NCBI GenBank assembly: GCA_963664435.2
Contig: CAXXKM010000002.1
Span: forward strand, 1-64,000
From: Longimicrobiales bacterium
Lineage (GTDB): Bacteria; Gemmatimonadota; Gemmatimonadetes; Longimicrobiales; Gaopeijiaceae
Reading direction: 5' to 3'
DNA: 64,000 nt
Of this stretch, positions 49,697-61,464 are shown in pieces (position 1 is the first letter of the stretch; the number at the start of each line of letters is the position of its first letter). The notes beneath the pieces were generated by a model. It was not told where the DNA came from. It was given only the letters and a program-made list of their open reading frames with translations, and searched no databases. The position numbers were made by a program, and so were the translations under genes.

Positions 49697-52600
49697 TTAA
49701 GAGGGCACAGTAAAGGTTACGGTCGCGACGCGGCTCTTGAGATCCGCGGGATCAGTACCATGGACTGTTCGAACCTGCACCGTGTATCCCTCCTCGTTTA
49801 GATCAGGAGATATACTAGTGACCTCGAAGTTGCCGGTGGTGGCATCCAAGGCTGCAGCGGTCCAACCACCACCAGTAGCACCAGGCGCCCAATCACTGTC
49901 TACGGCTACGGACAAGAGTGCGCTTCTGATGTAGCGGTACTGGTAGGTAACGTCAGCGATTTCGTCACCGTCAATGGATCCGTTGTCGTCGGTGTCCCCC
50001 GGTGTAACTCCATCCACCTTGCCCTTGTTCGATGGAGCCTTCCACGTCAGCGTGAAGCTAGTAGCCGATGGGTTGCCGACGACCGTAAGACCGGCCGGCA
50101 TACCTGGTGCCGCATCATCGTCGGTGACGGTCAGGTAGACGCCGTCGGGCTGATCGGCGGTCGCCAAAGCGTCCCGGTCAGTGTCGGTATCGGGACCATC
50201 GTCCATCGTAGCCGTTCCGGTCACCGTCACCACCGTGTTGACAGCATCGGCGTCATCGTCTGCGGTAATCGTGACTGATGCTACGCCCACGCCGGCTGAG
50301 GCGGCTGAGGCGCGTTTCCCGGCCTCGATAAACAGCGTAGCATCCTCAACCGTCGTCGATACAGATGCACCGTCCGACACCGAGATTACAACGTGGAGGT
50401 CCGTCGGGAACGTCGTGCCACCTACCAACTTAGCGGCCACGGTCGTGGCGTCGTCATCGCCCGACTCGTCAATCGACGTCTCATCCAACTCAAGTACGAT
50501 CCTGCCGTACGCGAGGTCGTCGTCCTCGATCAAGAGCTTCGCGGACTTGACCTCCATGTTGGCGATCGTGGGCGACATGGTTCCTGACACCGTTACTGCC
50601 CGCTTGTAGCCATTGGCTTCGGTGCCTGCGTTATACACGTTGTCATTGTTGATCGCCGTGATCGTCACGGAGGGTCCGGAACTGCTCGTCTCGCCCTCCC
50701 GGATGGTCAGTGTCTTGTTGGAGCTAAATTCGACCTCGGCATCCTGCGTTTCGCCATAGTTCCTACTATCTGTGGCAGAGACCGTCACGTAGAACTCGCT
50801 GGGCGCCGGATCCTCGAGCGTCGCGGTTACCGTGCTCGTCCCGCCAGCTTCGGAGATACTGGCCGGGTCCAGCTTCAGCGTCACGACCACATTGTCGCTC
50901 GCCGTCACGGTGACCGTGACTTCCGCGGTCGTTTCGTTATCACCACTGCCAACGTTAGTGCCGGAGCTCGTTACCGTGACGTCCAACGTCTTCTTGTTGT
51001 TGGCTGCGACCTTGTCGTCGTGGGACGGAGCTGACCCTACCCACCGCAGTTCGCCGTCACCGGTGACGTGGAGGTTGTTGTTTGACCCGGACCAAGCGAA
51101 TTTCGCCTTCGAATCGTCGTCGTCCACCGCCTTCATGTCGCCGATCTTCGACCCTGTCTTCTCTTCGTAGCTGAAGCTGGTCGTGGTGATTCTCGGAGGC
51201 CGGCCGCCTTCCACTATCGCCGCCGCGATGTTGAAGGGATAGTCCTCGCCGGGCCTGAGGTTGATCGTCAGCGGTGTGCTCACATTACCCGGATAGGTGT
51301 AGTCGTACCCCTCACTCACAGCCGTGACCGTGTAGCTGCCGTACGGCACCCTGATGCTGAAGGCGCCCGCACTATTGGTGACGTCGGATTTCACCACCAC
51401 CCTGTCGTCGCCCTCCCCTTGGGAGGCCTCGACCTTGACGTTCGCCTGGGGGTTGCCATCCACGGTCACCCTGCCGAGGATCGTGGCGTATTCGAAGCCG
51501 GTGAAGTTGGGTCCGGGGAACGAGCCGGCCCTGGCCTGTTGCGTGTACTCGCCGGGCTGGAACGACATGCCGTCCATGGATGCCGACAGGGTAACGTCCG
51601 CGCCGTTGGCTTCCACCATCACTTCGTACGTGCCGTCGGCTCCCGTCTTGTAGATGTCATCCGTCTTGCTGTTCTTCGACTTCGCGTTCGGGTTGAGCAA
51701 GTCCGAGCCGTCCACCGTGATCTCCACACCCGAAAGCGCTCCGCCGCCGGCCGCCGTGACGGTGCCGGTGAACGTGGCCGCTGAGCCGGAGCCCGTGACG
51801 GTCATGTCGTACTCCGCCGGGCTGTTCGCCGCGAAGTCGGGAACCTTGTGGGAATCGGTTGCCGAGGAGTACGTCTTCGAGGCGTACCCCGCCCCGGAAA
51901 GCTTCACTTCGATGGCCGGGCGGCCCGCCTTCGGCTTGCTGAAGCCCTCGACGACGTAGCGACCGAATTCGTCGGTCGGGTCCGACGCGTCCACGCCGTT
52001 CACGCTGACGGTCACGCCTTCCGCGGGCACGCCGTCCTGGTTCTCCACGATCCCGTAGAGGAACCCTGTCGTCGGCGTCACGTCGATGTTGAGGTGGCCG
52101 TCGCCCGTGAGTGTGCTGGCGAGCAGGAACTCCTCGGACAGCTCGTCGCCGTCCATGCCGGCCGTCGCCATCCAGCCGTCCGGAACACCGACGGAGTAGG
52201 CGCCGTCGACCATGCTGCCGAAGTCCAACTTGTCCTCGCCCTCGGCGGCCTCGCCTTCGAGGTTCTTGTCAGCGACCGGCGTCATGGAGACCGTGATCCC
52301 GGCATCCTTGACCACCGTATCCTCTGCCTTGAAGCCGTCGTCGCTGTCCATCTCGCGGACGTTCTTCCACGCCTGTCCGTTCACCGTGTAGGTCCTGATG
52401 AAGCCGAACGACGCGCACCCGCGGCCTGCGACCTGCATCGGACAGAGCTCGACCGTGTGGTGGTAGCCGCCCTGCTCGCCGAACACGCTGCTTGTATTCG
52501 GGATGCCGTTGTCGTCGAAATCCTCGTAGGTGGCAAGCTGGTCGGAGCCGTGAATGATGACGTTCTCGCCCGCCGCATTCGCCGTGACGATGACGTCCAG

Positions 52601-54970
52601 GCCGGACGGCAGGTGCGCGAACGTGTACACGCCGGCCGAGTCGCTCGTGTTCTCGGCCGCGTCCCAGTCCTCGCTCGAAATCGCGCGGGTCCGGGTGCCG
52701 GACCCGGCTTGACGGACCTCGACGTCGAGCACTCCGGACATCATCTCGTCGTCGCCCAGCGCGGTGCCGGTGTAGCCTTCCACCTGGTCCTTCTCGTGGT
52801 ACACGTAGACCATGAGCGTCTGGGTCGCGAAGCTGGCCTCGATCGCGACGTCCTGCGCGCCGGCCAGCGAAAGCCCGTCGTGCTCGTGCTCGACCGCTTC
52901 CGCCGCGATCATCTCGCCGTTGTCCAGGTCGTCGTCCTGCTCTTCGGCGACCGCGAACGTGAAGGTTGCCGGCAGATCGGCGTACATCACCGCGCTCGTG
53001 AACGATGCCGTACCGTCGTCGCCCAGCGCCTCCGGCGCGCCTTCGGCTGCTTCGTCGCCGCTCATCACCTCGATGGCCCAGCCGCCGAGCTCGACTCCGC
53101 CGCCGTGTGCGGTCTCGACCGTCGTGCCGGTGACGTTCAGCTCGACGTTCAGGTTGACGATGTCGGCCTCGTTGGAGGCCGCGTGCATGTTGGACTGCGG
53201 ATTCCACGTCACGGCCTGCATTCCCTCGGCGGCCACATGATAGTCGGCCACGGAGACCTGCGCGTAGACCATGTTACCGCTGGTATCGTCACGATCGACC
53301 CGGATCATCGCCGAGCCGTCCGCGCCGGTCTCGCCGCTGCCGACCATGGTCTCACCGGCCGCGTCCGAGTAGAGGTCCACGGCGGCGCCTTCGAGCGCCG
53401 GACCGCCGTCGTCGCCGTGCTTCAGCGCGACGCTGAAAGTGACCCTCGTGTGCGTGATGTCGAACGGAACGGCCTGCGTCCTGGCTTCGCCGACTCCGAG
53501 GGCGAAGGCGTAGCCCGTCCCCGGTCCGCCGTAGGCGACGTCGGCGGCCGCGAGCGCCGCCGCGACCGTGGCGTCGATCGGCACGACCAGCTGGTACGAG
53601 CCGGCGCGCAGACCTGAGAACATGAAGCTGCCATCCGGGCCGGTCGCGCTCAGCCGCTGGTCATTGACCCCGGGGCCCACCAGTGCAACCGGTATACCGG
53701 CGTGCGCGAGCGGATACTCGCCTTCGTCGTGCATGTCGTTGTTGTCAAGTTCGTCGATGAACAGCATTCCCGAGACGCTCGCCGTGGTGGCGTGCGCGCC
53801 CTCGAAGTTCACGATCGCCGACTCGTCGTCGCCGACCGTCCTGTCCGTGCTCATCGCGTCGAACACGTAGGCGTCGCTCTCGACCGCGATCGAGACCGTG
53901 TAGTCGCCGGCCGCCAGGCCCGCGAAGGCGTACTGCCCGCCCGCGTCGGTCATCGTGGTGTCGTCGGCCGCACCCGAAAGCGTGACCGCGATGCCCTCGA
54001 GACCCATGCCCTCGACGCTCACCCGGCCGCTGATGCCCGAGGTGCGGAGCAGGACACCCGTGAACGAAACCGTTCCGGTCTCATCCAGGTCCACGCTCAC
54101 GTCCTGAGACGTGGCCGCGAACTCGTAGTCCCGCGGGTCGAAGTCCGCGATCGAGACCGTGTAGTCGCCGGGGCGCAGTTCGTCGAACCGGTACATGCCG
54201 TCGGCGTCGGTCATCATCGTGAAGCTCTCGTCGGACGGGCCGCCGCTCAGGGTGACCGTAATGCCGGCAAGCCCCTCGCCCTCGATGATCACCTGACCCG
54301 CGACCGCGGAGGTGCGGATGAAGTGGCCCGTGAAGTCGGCGTCGCCGACCTCGCCCAGCCCGACATCGACCTCGACCATCACCGTCTCGAACGAGACGTC
54401 CTCGGGGAAGTCCGAGATCGTGACCGTGTAGGTCCCGGCCCGGAGCCCGGTGAAGGCGAAGCCGCCGGTCTCGTCGGTCTCCATGGTCTCGCCCATGGCG
54501 TGCTCGCCGCCGAGCGTGACCGTCACGCCCGCCAGCGTCTCGGGCTGGCCGTCGCCGCCGCTCATCATCGCGTCGGCCGCAACCACGTTGCCGACCACGG
54601 CGGAAGACCGGATATACTCGCCGGCGAAGTTGAGTTGGACGTTCTGACCATCCGTCGCGATGGTCGCGGACTGCGTCACCTGGGCGAACGTCGCATCCTC
54701 GGGGAAGCCGCTGATGGTGACCGTGTAGGTCCCGGCTTCCACGCCCGAGAAGGCGAAGCTGCCACCCGACCCGGTCGTCGTGGTCGCACCCGACGACAAG
54801 GTGGCGGTGATGCCGCTGGCGGCCGTGCCTTCAACCGTCACCGTCCCGGAAATGGTTCCCACGGGAGTGGGCGGCGGGGGCGGCTCCACAGGCGGTGGAG
54901 TGCCCTCGTCGCAGGCGGTGAAGGCCAAGGCCATCAGCGTAGCTGTGGCGAAGAGTTTGAGTCAGTTCAT
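49697..54970 (-). CDS. Large acidic surface lipoprotein B (paralogue of A), same TGA at codon 3
   Basis: N-terminus identical to A. TGA at 54964-54962. The ORF track starts at 54934. Body diverges inward of 53791. Confidence 0.75.
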
Positions 54971-55067
54971 GATACCGTCCCTTGTGAAGGTTGAACGAAT
55001 CAGGGCTTAATGCCAAAGCGAGTCGGTTGTGGGTTTCCTGTGGACATGAGATGGCAGGAGCCTTGGA

Positions 55068-55083
55068 TGCAAGGCTGGTGCCA
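55068..55083 (-). promoter_or_regulatory. Sigma-54 promoter (mirror copy)
   Basis: Reverse complement of 12889-12904. Confidence 0.75.
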
Positions 55084-55346
55084 AAAAAACGGATTCGTAA
55101 GTTGTTGGCTGACAGGCGATTACGAGACCATGTCCTGTGGTTGAGGGTCTTGGAAATCCGTGGAACCACCGGATTTCCGATGCTCCGGGGCGTTTTTCTC
55201 CTCCTCCTTCGCGCTTTTGCGCACCTGGGCAAACGAGCCAGAAGCTTAAGCCCCGGTGTCGCGGACCGAAAGGGCTGCCGGCCGGTTTCGCACTGAAATG
55301 TTTAGGCGCGCGGGCGCGGGCGCGTGAGAATCGACTCTCCGAGGCG

Positions 55347-55512
55347 CGCGGGCGGCATCCGCATAACGCGCTCACACCCGCCTTCGTCCGCAACGTGAGC
55401 CGGGCCGGACGGTACTGCGCTGGCAACGGCCTCTACCTCGATGTCGGGCCCACGGGGAGCCGGGGCTGGATCCAGCGCCTCACGATCCGGGGACGCCGAA
55501 CCGAACTCGGGC
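55347..55512 (+). pseudogene. Integrase Arm-domain fragment (mirror copy)
   Basis: Identical to 12460-12625. Confidence 0.8.
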
Positions 55513-56079
55513 CTAGGGACCGTTGGGTAGCCGCAAAGGGGGATCGGAGTCGTTGTCGGAGGCTTCCTCCGGTTGGGTCGTGCCCCGACGGACACGCTTC
55601 GACATCGTGAAGATCCCGATGATCGTCGCGACCGGAAGCAGCATGGCGGTCAGTCCTTCCACCGGCCGTCCGACGATCACCAGGAGCACCGCTCCGATGA
55701 GTGCGAGAGTCCCGAAGACGAATCCCATCCACTGGCCGCGTGTGAGGATCTCGAAGTCATTCTCTTTCAGCTCCATTTCTCGCCGCTCCTGTGCGTGACG
55801 ATGACTCTGTTGCTTCTCGGCCATCTTCAGAATCCGATCCGCCGCGCCGGACAGGGTCTCGTCGTAGGAACGAAATGCCTCCGGGTGCGGTAGCGGTCCC
55901 GCGGATAGGGAAAAGCGTTGAGTGACAACCGCGGCCGTTGCGCCGGGTGTTTCGCCGGAGAAGTGTTCCGGGTGCGGTGCGACGGCTTCGGCTGGAGTGA
56001 CCGCCGTCGAAACCGGTGGTTTGTCCGCCTCCTCGCTCGCCGTCTGGCGTGACTCGCGGTCGTTCTCGCGCCCGCTCAC
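55513..56079 (-). CDS. DUF2335 protein (mirror copy)
   Basis: Identical translation to 11893-12459. Confidence 0.8.
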   Translation of the reverse strand: MSGRENDRESRQTASEEADKPPVSTAVTPAEAVAPHPEHFSGETPGATAAVVTQRFSLSAGPLPHPEAFRSYDETLSGAADRILKMAEKQQSHRHAQERREMELKENDFEILTRGQWMGFVFGTLALIGAVLLVIVGRPVEGLTAMLLPVATIIGIFTMSKRVRRGTTQPEEASDNDSDPPLRLPNGP

Positions 56080-56732
56080 CAGAGTCGCTCCGAGTGCCCA
56101 ACGGTTACCATCGCGTCCTCGATGAAACCACCCACGTCGTGCCAGATCTCTTCAATCGCTTCCGCATCGGACTTCGACTTGGACTTGCCTGGTTGAGGAT
56201 GTCGCATGACTCCGAAGAAGTCGAAGGCCCTCACGAAACCCTCCACGAAGGGACGCAACCCGCGCTCCGCGTCCGGCCGTGTCCGCCGCACCTTCGCCCG
56301 TTTCTTCACCACACACTTGGTGGCCATCTCAGGATACTCGCGAAAGATGGACCGGAGCATTGCGCCGTACGGCACCAGCGAGGTCCACCGTGCCACGCGC
56401 CCGAAGTAGTCGGCGACCGGTGGATCCAGCGTTGCCAGCACCGCCTCACCCTTTGCGCGGCCCGCTTCGGTGAGCCGAAAGAGGGTAGTGGGCCCCGATT
56501 GGTCGATGACGGCTTCGCCCGTCGCGGCCATCGTCCCAATGTCGTCGTAGAGGGAGTCGTCGGCTGGACCCAGAGGGCCAGGCCGGAAGTCGAAGCAGGG
56601 TCCGCCGATGCGGTTGGGGGTTTTGCGGTCGATCAGGAAGAGCCGCACCTGAAGCTGGATTGGGTCGCAGAAAGCTTCCGGTCCGGCCGCGGCAAGTGCG
56701 GCGGCCACGATGTCGCGGCGGGTGCGGTTCAT
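56076..56732 (-). CDS. SocA/YwgA-like protein (mirror copy)
   Basis: Identical translation to 11240-11896. Confidence 0.5.
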   Translation of the reverse strand: MNRTRRDIVAAALAAAGPEAFCDPIQLQVRLFLIDRKTPNRIGGPCFDFRPGPLGPADDSLYDDIGTMAATGEAVIDQSGPTTLFRLTEAGRAKGEAVLATLDPPVADYFGRVARWTSLVPYGAMLRSIFREYPEMATKCVVKKRAKVRRTRPDAERGLRPFVEGFVRAFDFFGVMRHPQPGKSKSKSDAEAIEEIWHDVGGFIEDAMVTVGHSERLW

Positions 56733-57031
56733 GTGCTGGTTCCCTGGTACACGCGCACGTCCTCGTGAACGCCGGACCGAGCGGCCGCCCTGCGGATCGG
56801 CTCGGCGGTGTTGGGTGAAGTCAAGTCGGCGATGTGGTCGCTCTGTTTTCGGTCATCGACCATCTTCGGCTCCTGTACGAGTCGCGATGCGATACCTGGG
56901 AACAAAGTGGACGATAAGGTAACGATCTTCGAATCCGCCTACCATCAGCGGAGTTCGACGGAGCGGGATGCGGCGGCCTGCCCGTCACGGAACTCGCGGA
57001 AGCGCTCCTGGCCGCGGTTCCGGACAGCCGC

Positions 57032-57544
57032 TCACCCGCCGAAGTCGTCCATCACGCCGCGACGGTACTCGTCAAGCCACCCGACCGGCTCCAAGTGGGC
57101 CGAGAGCACATGCAGGAAGCCCGGGTCAGCCCAATACTCGGCAGCCTGCATGGCGGCGTCGCGCACCTCCACGTCGTCCACGGCGAGGCCGCCGCGAACC
57201 AGGTCCTCTCGCCACTCGACGGTGCCGACTCCCGGTTGACGAGCCACACATACGAACACGGCTGCCGCAAACGTCGGATTCGATGTATCCAGGCAACAGC
57301 TTCGTAGCCAACGCAGGACGGTGTCTGGATCCTCAGAATCCAGCGCTGCTGTGATCACACTCTCGGCAGGATGAGCCATCCCGTCCTCAAGCGGCTCGGC
57401 ATCGAGCGACGCGCGGAGTCTTTCCCTGAGTCGTCGCCGCCCGCGCTCTTCGGCCGGCGACGCCATCGCCCCCAGGACTGCCCGGTAGTCGGATTCGAGG
57501 GCAGCTTGGAGCCACGTCAACGGCTCAGCGTGCTCCTGCACCAT
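57032..57544 (-). CDS. Hypothetical HEAT-like protein (mirror copy)
   Basis: Identical to 10428-10940. Confidence 0.6.
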   Translation of the reverse strand: MVQEHAEPLTWLQAALESDYRAVLGAMASPAEERGRRRLRERLRASLDAEPLEDGMAHPAESVITAALDSEDPDTVLRWLRSCCLDTSNPTFAAAVFVCVARQPGVGTVEWREDLVRGGLAVDDVEVRDAAMQAAEYWADPGFLHVLSAHLEPVGWLDEYRRGVMDDFGG

Positions 57545-59037
57545 CAGCGACGTGCCCGCCTGCGGCTGCGACGTTCCGCCTGCTTGAACAGCACCTCCAC
57601 CCTGTGGGGCGCGTGCGGCGGGCTGGTGCGCATGGCCACCAGGACATAGGCGGCGAGGGAGAGGGCGAGAGCCGGGAAGACCTCGTGCAGCACGTCGCCC
57701 AGCGGGGTGAGCCGCCAGGTCACGAGCACCCCCAGGCCCACCAGGAAGGAGGTGACCGCGGAGGCGCCGTTGCCGCGCCGCCAGTGCAGCCCGAGGATCA
57801 CCGCCGGGAAGAAACAGGCGGCGTACATGGCGCCCGAGAAGGCGGTCAGGCCGACCACGCCGTCGGGCGGGTTGAGCGAGATCACGGCGGTGATGGCGGC
57901 GAACAGGGCCACGTACCACCGGGTGCGGCGCATCGCCGAGCGCTCGTCGCGCCTGCCGCGCCACGCCCCGAAGATGTCGCGGTCCGTGGTGGAGGCCATC
58001 ACCAGCAGCACGCTGTCGAGCGACGACATGGCGGCGGCGACCATCGCCACCAGCAGGAAGGCCCCCACCCCCGGGGCGAAGACGCCGGGCTCGGTGAGCA
58101 GCCCCGGCACCACCAGGTCGGTGTCCTCCATGCCGCCGGGGAGGATGTTGCGCGCGTACATCCCGATCGGCACCAGCATCGCGTAGACGACGGCGAAGGT
58201 GATCGTCGAGATCCAGACCCCGGTACGCGCCTCGCGCGCGCTGCGCAGCGCGTAGAAGCGGGAGAGCTGGCGCGGCTCCACGATGAACTTGATGGTCGCG
58301 GCCACCATCACCCCCAGCACCAGCGGGAAGGCCTGCCCCCCGTTCCAGGTGAACAGGTGCGCGGTGTCGGGGGCGTCGGCCATCTCGAAGATCGAGCCCA
58401 CCCCGCCCGCGGCGCGCGTGGTGCCGTGGAAGAGGAGCACGGCCGCGAAGATCATCACCACCCCCTGCACCGCGTCGGTCTTCACCACCGAGATGAAGCC
58501 GCCGATGACGGTGTAGAGCATCACGATCACGAAGACGATGAGGATGGCGGTGCGGTAGGGTATCTCGAGGAAGGTCTCCAGCAGGTTGCCGATGCCCTTG
58601 AAGACCGCCGTCATGTAGAAGAACGACGCGAAGATGATGATGATGGCCGCGAGCACGCGGGCCGCGGGGCTCTCGAAGCGGAAGCCCACGAAGTCGGGGA
58701 TGGTGAGCGAATCGAGCGCGGCGGTGAAGTCGCGCAGGCGCGGGGCCACCCAGACCCAGGCGGACATCGAGAAGAGGACGATGAGGGGAGCCATCAGGAG
58801 CCAGGGGGCGCCCCACGACCAGGACTGTCCCGAGAAGCCGACGAAGCTGTTGGTGCTCGAGTAGGTGGCGAAGAAGGAGAGGGCGATGGTGACCGCCCCC
58901 ATGTTGCGCCCGCCCACGTAGTAGTCGGCCAGCCGCTTCGTGCCCCGGTTCCCCTCCCAGGCGTGGTAGGCGAGCAGGAGGGTGTAGAGGGCGAGCAGGG
59001 CGTGGACCGGCCAGTATTCGCGCAGCGAGTCGATCAT
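57544..59037 (-). CDS. Sodium:solute symporter (mirror copy)
   Basis: Identical to 8935-10428. Confidence 0.9.
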   Translation of the reverse strand: MIDSLREYWPVHALLALYTLLLAYHAWEGNRGTKRLADYYVGGRNMGAVTIALSFFATYSSTNSFVGFSGQSWSWGAPWLLMAPLIVLFSMSAWVWVAPRLRDFTAALDSLTIPDFVGFRFESPAARVLAAIIIIFASFFYMTAVFKGIGNLLETFLEIPYRTAILIVFVIVMLYTVIGGFISVVKTDAVQGVVMIFAAVLLFHGTTRAAGGVGSIFEMADAPDTAHLFTWNGGQAFPLVLGVMVAATIKFIVEPRQLSRFYALRSAREARTGVWISTITFAVVYAMLVPIGMYARNILPGGMEDTDLVVPGLLTEPGVFAPGVGAFLLVAMVAAAMSSLDSVLLVMASTTDRDIFGAWRGRRDERSAMRRTRWYVALFAAITAVISLNPPDGVVGLTAFSGAMYAACFFPAVILGLHWRRGNGASAVTSFLVGLGVLVTWRLTPLGDVLHEVFPALALSLAAYVLVAMRTSPPHAPHRVEVLFKQAERRSRRRARR

Positions 59038-60608
59038 GGGGCCCGGAGGAAGAGGTCGCGCAATTGGGTCTTGAGCACCTTGCCCATGGAGTTCCGGGGC
59101 AGGGCCTCGAGCACCATGATACGCGCGGGGGCCTTGTAGCCCGCAAGGTAACGCTTGACCCAGGCGCGCAGTTCGGGCGCGGGAACAGCGCCCTCCGGCG
59201 TGCAGACGAGCGCCGCGGACACCTGCTCGCCCCACTCGTCGTCGGGGATCCCCACCACCGCGCAGTCTTCGACGCAGGGGTGCCGGCGCAGCACATCCTC
59301 GATCTCGAGCGCCGAGACCTTCTCCCCCCCGGTCTTGATGATGTCGACGCTCTCGCGTCCGAGGATGCGGTAGCCGTGCTCCGGGTGCAGGACGGCGCGG
59401 TCGCCGGTGCGGAACCAGCCGTGCTTGTCGAAGGCGGCGGCGGTCTCCTCCGGCCGGCGCCAGTATTCGCTGAAGACGCCCGGTCCCCGCACCTCGATGG
59501 AGCCCTCTTCCCCGGGGAGGGCCTTGTGCCCTCCGTCGCCCCGGAGGCGTACTTTCACCCCCGGGAAGGGACGGCCGACGAAGCCCTCGGCGCGGTGGCC
59601 GTACAGCGGGTTGGTGAGCACCATGCCGGTCTCGGTGAGGCCGTAGCGCTCGAGGATGGCGTGCCTGGCGACCTCGGCCCAGCGCTTGTGGACGTGTCCG
59701 GGGAGCGCGGCCGAGCCGGAGATCGTGAGGTGCAGCCATTGGGCGCGGTCGCTGAGCTCCCTGCGCCGTTCGGGGGACGCCTCCTCCCACGCCCGGATCA
59801 GGCGCACGTACATGGTGGGCACGCCCATGAAGATGGTGGGGCGCAGGAGCTCGAAGCGCTTCCAGACCTCGTCGGGGTCGAAGCGCGGAAGGATCTCGAC
59901 CCGGGCCCCGTACCAGAGCGGGCACAGCAGGGCGTTGACGATGCCGTGAACGTGGTGCAGGGGCAGCGCGTTGAGGACCGTGTCGCCCGGGCGGATCTCC
60001 CAGGCTTTGGCGATGCTCTCGACCTGGTGACGGGTGTTGGCGTGCGTGGTGACCACGCCCTTGGGCTTCCCGGTGGTGCCGCTTGTGTAGATGATGTGCG
60101 CGCGGCGGGACTCGTCGACGGCCGGGAGGGAGGGCGCGGGCGCCGACATGTGGAGATGGTACCCGTTGGTTTCGGGATCGGGAACGCGGGTGGACGCGGA
60201 CCAGTGGCCCCTGAGGGCATCCTCCACCCGGGCCCAGGGGACGCCGCACGCCTGCGCCGCCACCATCCCCTTCTTCTCCGTCCCGGAGTGCAGGAGCACC
60301 ACCTCCGGGTCGGCATCGACGATGAGCGACGCCAGCTCCGGGATCGGATGGGCCAGCGCCAGCGGTATCACCACGCCCCCGGCGCGCCAGATGCCCCACT
60401 GCGCGGCGACGTACCCGATGCCGGGGGGCACCAGCAGGACGACGCGGGCTTCTTCGAGGTCGGTGCGGCCACGCAGGAGAAAGCGCGCCACCCGCTCCGA
60501 CGCGGCGAGCAGGTCGCCGTAGGTGTAGTCCTCCTCACCGACCACCAGGGCGGTCCGATCCGGATCGCTCCGGGCGGCGCCCAGCAACGGAAGGTCCGAG
60601 TCGCTCAT
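59034..60608 (-). CDS. Acyl-CoA synthetase (mirror copy)
   Basis: Identical to 7364-8938. Confidence 0.9.
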   Translation of the reverse strand: MSDSDLPLLGAARSDPDRTALVVGEEDYTYGDLLAASERVARFLLRGRTDLEEARVVLLVPPGIGYVAAQWGIWRAGGVVIPLALAHPIPELASLIVDADPEVVLLHSGTEKKGMVAAQACGVPWARVEDALRGHWSASTRVPDPETNGYHLHMSAPAPSLPAVDESRRAHIIYTSGTTGKPKGVVTTHANTRHQVESIAKAWEIRPGDTVLNALPLHHVHGIVNALLCPLWYGARVEILPRFDPDEVWKRFELLRPTIFMGVPTMYVRLIRAWEEASPERRRELSDRAQWLHLTISGSAALPGHVHKRWAEVARHAILERYGLTETGMVLTNPLYGHRAEGFVGRPFPGVKVRLRGDGGHKALPGEEGSIEVRGPGVFSEYWRRPEETAAAFDKHGWFRTGDRAVLHPEHGYRILGRESVDIIKTGGEKVSALEIEDVLRRHPCVEDCAVVGIPDDEWGEQVSAALVCTPEGAVPAPELRAWVKRYLAGYKAPARIMVLEALPRNSMGKVLKTQLRDLFLRAP

Positions 60609-61402
60609 GCGGAGCTTGCCTTGCGGACGCGTCTGGTCTCGAGCCACCAGCGGTAGAAGATGATCCCCAGGGCGATGCCCATGATCCACCCCTGCCCCAC
60701 CTTCATCACCGCGCCCGCCATCTGCTGATCCCCGAGCGCCGTGGTGCCGGGAATCGGGGGCGCGAGCTCGTAGGTGGCGTAGATGGGGAACTCGGAGAAG
60801 ACCATCATCGCGAAGGGCGGGCGGATGAGGATTCCGTTGATGCCGAGGTAGGCGATCTTGGCCAGCGGATGGAAACCGCTGCGGTCCGGGACCGGGCAGA
60901 GGACCGGCCACCAGAACACGAGGCCGGCCAGGAGCCAGGCCATGTCCAGCGCGAACATCCCCGGCTGGGTGGCCATGAGGGTGTCGACGACGCCCGGCCA
61001 GTGAGTGACGGTCATGACGACGTTGTAGATCAGGAACGCGGCCAGCGGGTGCGTGAGGTCGGAGAGGACGGTGATGGCGCGCGGGCGCTCGCGGAGGCGG
61101 TCGAAAAAGGCGGCCGGCATGCCGAGCAGCAGGAACGCCGGCGCAATCAGACCGACAAGCAGGAACTGGGCCATGTGCGCGCTGGCCAGGTACGACGCCC
61201 CCAGCGGACCGAGCGGCCAGTCGAAGGCGGCCCACAGCAGGAGCACGCCGGCGTAGAAACAGCGCGCGCGCCGGTCGCGCAGGGGAACTCCGCTCCACCG
61301 TGCGTACCCGGCGGCGAGGGCGGCCACGAAGAGCCACACCCCCGGGTACGCCTGCCACTCCCAGCTCCAGGCCGTGCTCTGCGAAAAGCACCACCACTGC
61401 AC
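60605..61402 (-). CDS. ctaG: CtaG family protein (mirror copy)
   Basis: Identical to 6570-7367. Confidence 0.85.
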   Translation of the reverse strand: MQWWCFSQSTAWSWEWQAYPGVWLFVAALAAGYARWSGVPLRDRRARCFYAGVLLLWAAFDWPLGPLGASYLASAHMAQFLLVGLIAPAFLLLGMPAAFFDRLRERPRAITVLSDLTHPLAAFLIYNVVMTVTHWPGVVDTLMATQPGMFALDMAWLLAGLVFWWPVLCPVPDRSGFHPLAKIAYLGINGILIRPPFAMMVFSEFPIYATYELAPPIPGTTALGDQQMAGAVMKVGQGWIMGIALGIIFYRWWLETRRVRKASSA

Positions 61403-61464
61403 GTCAGAACGCTCCTGGACGCAACTGGTCCACCGATGGGTACGGCTGGCCCGTCATGGACGCT

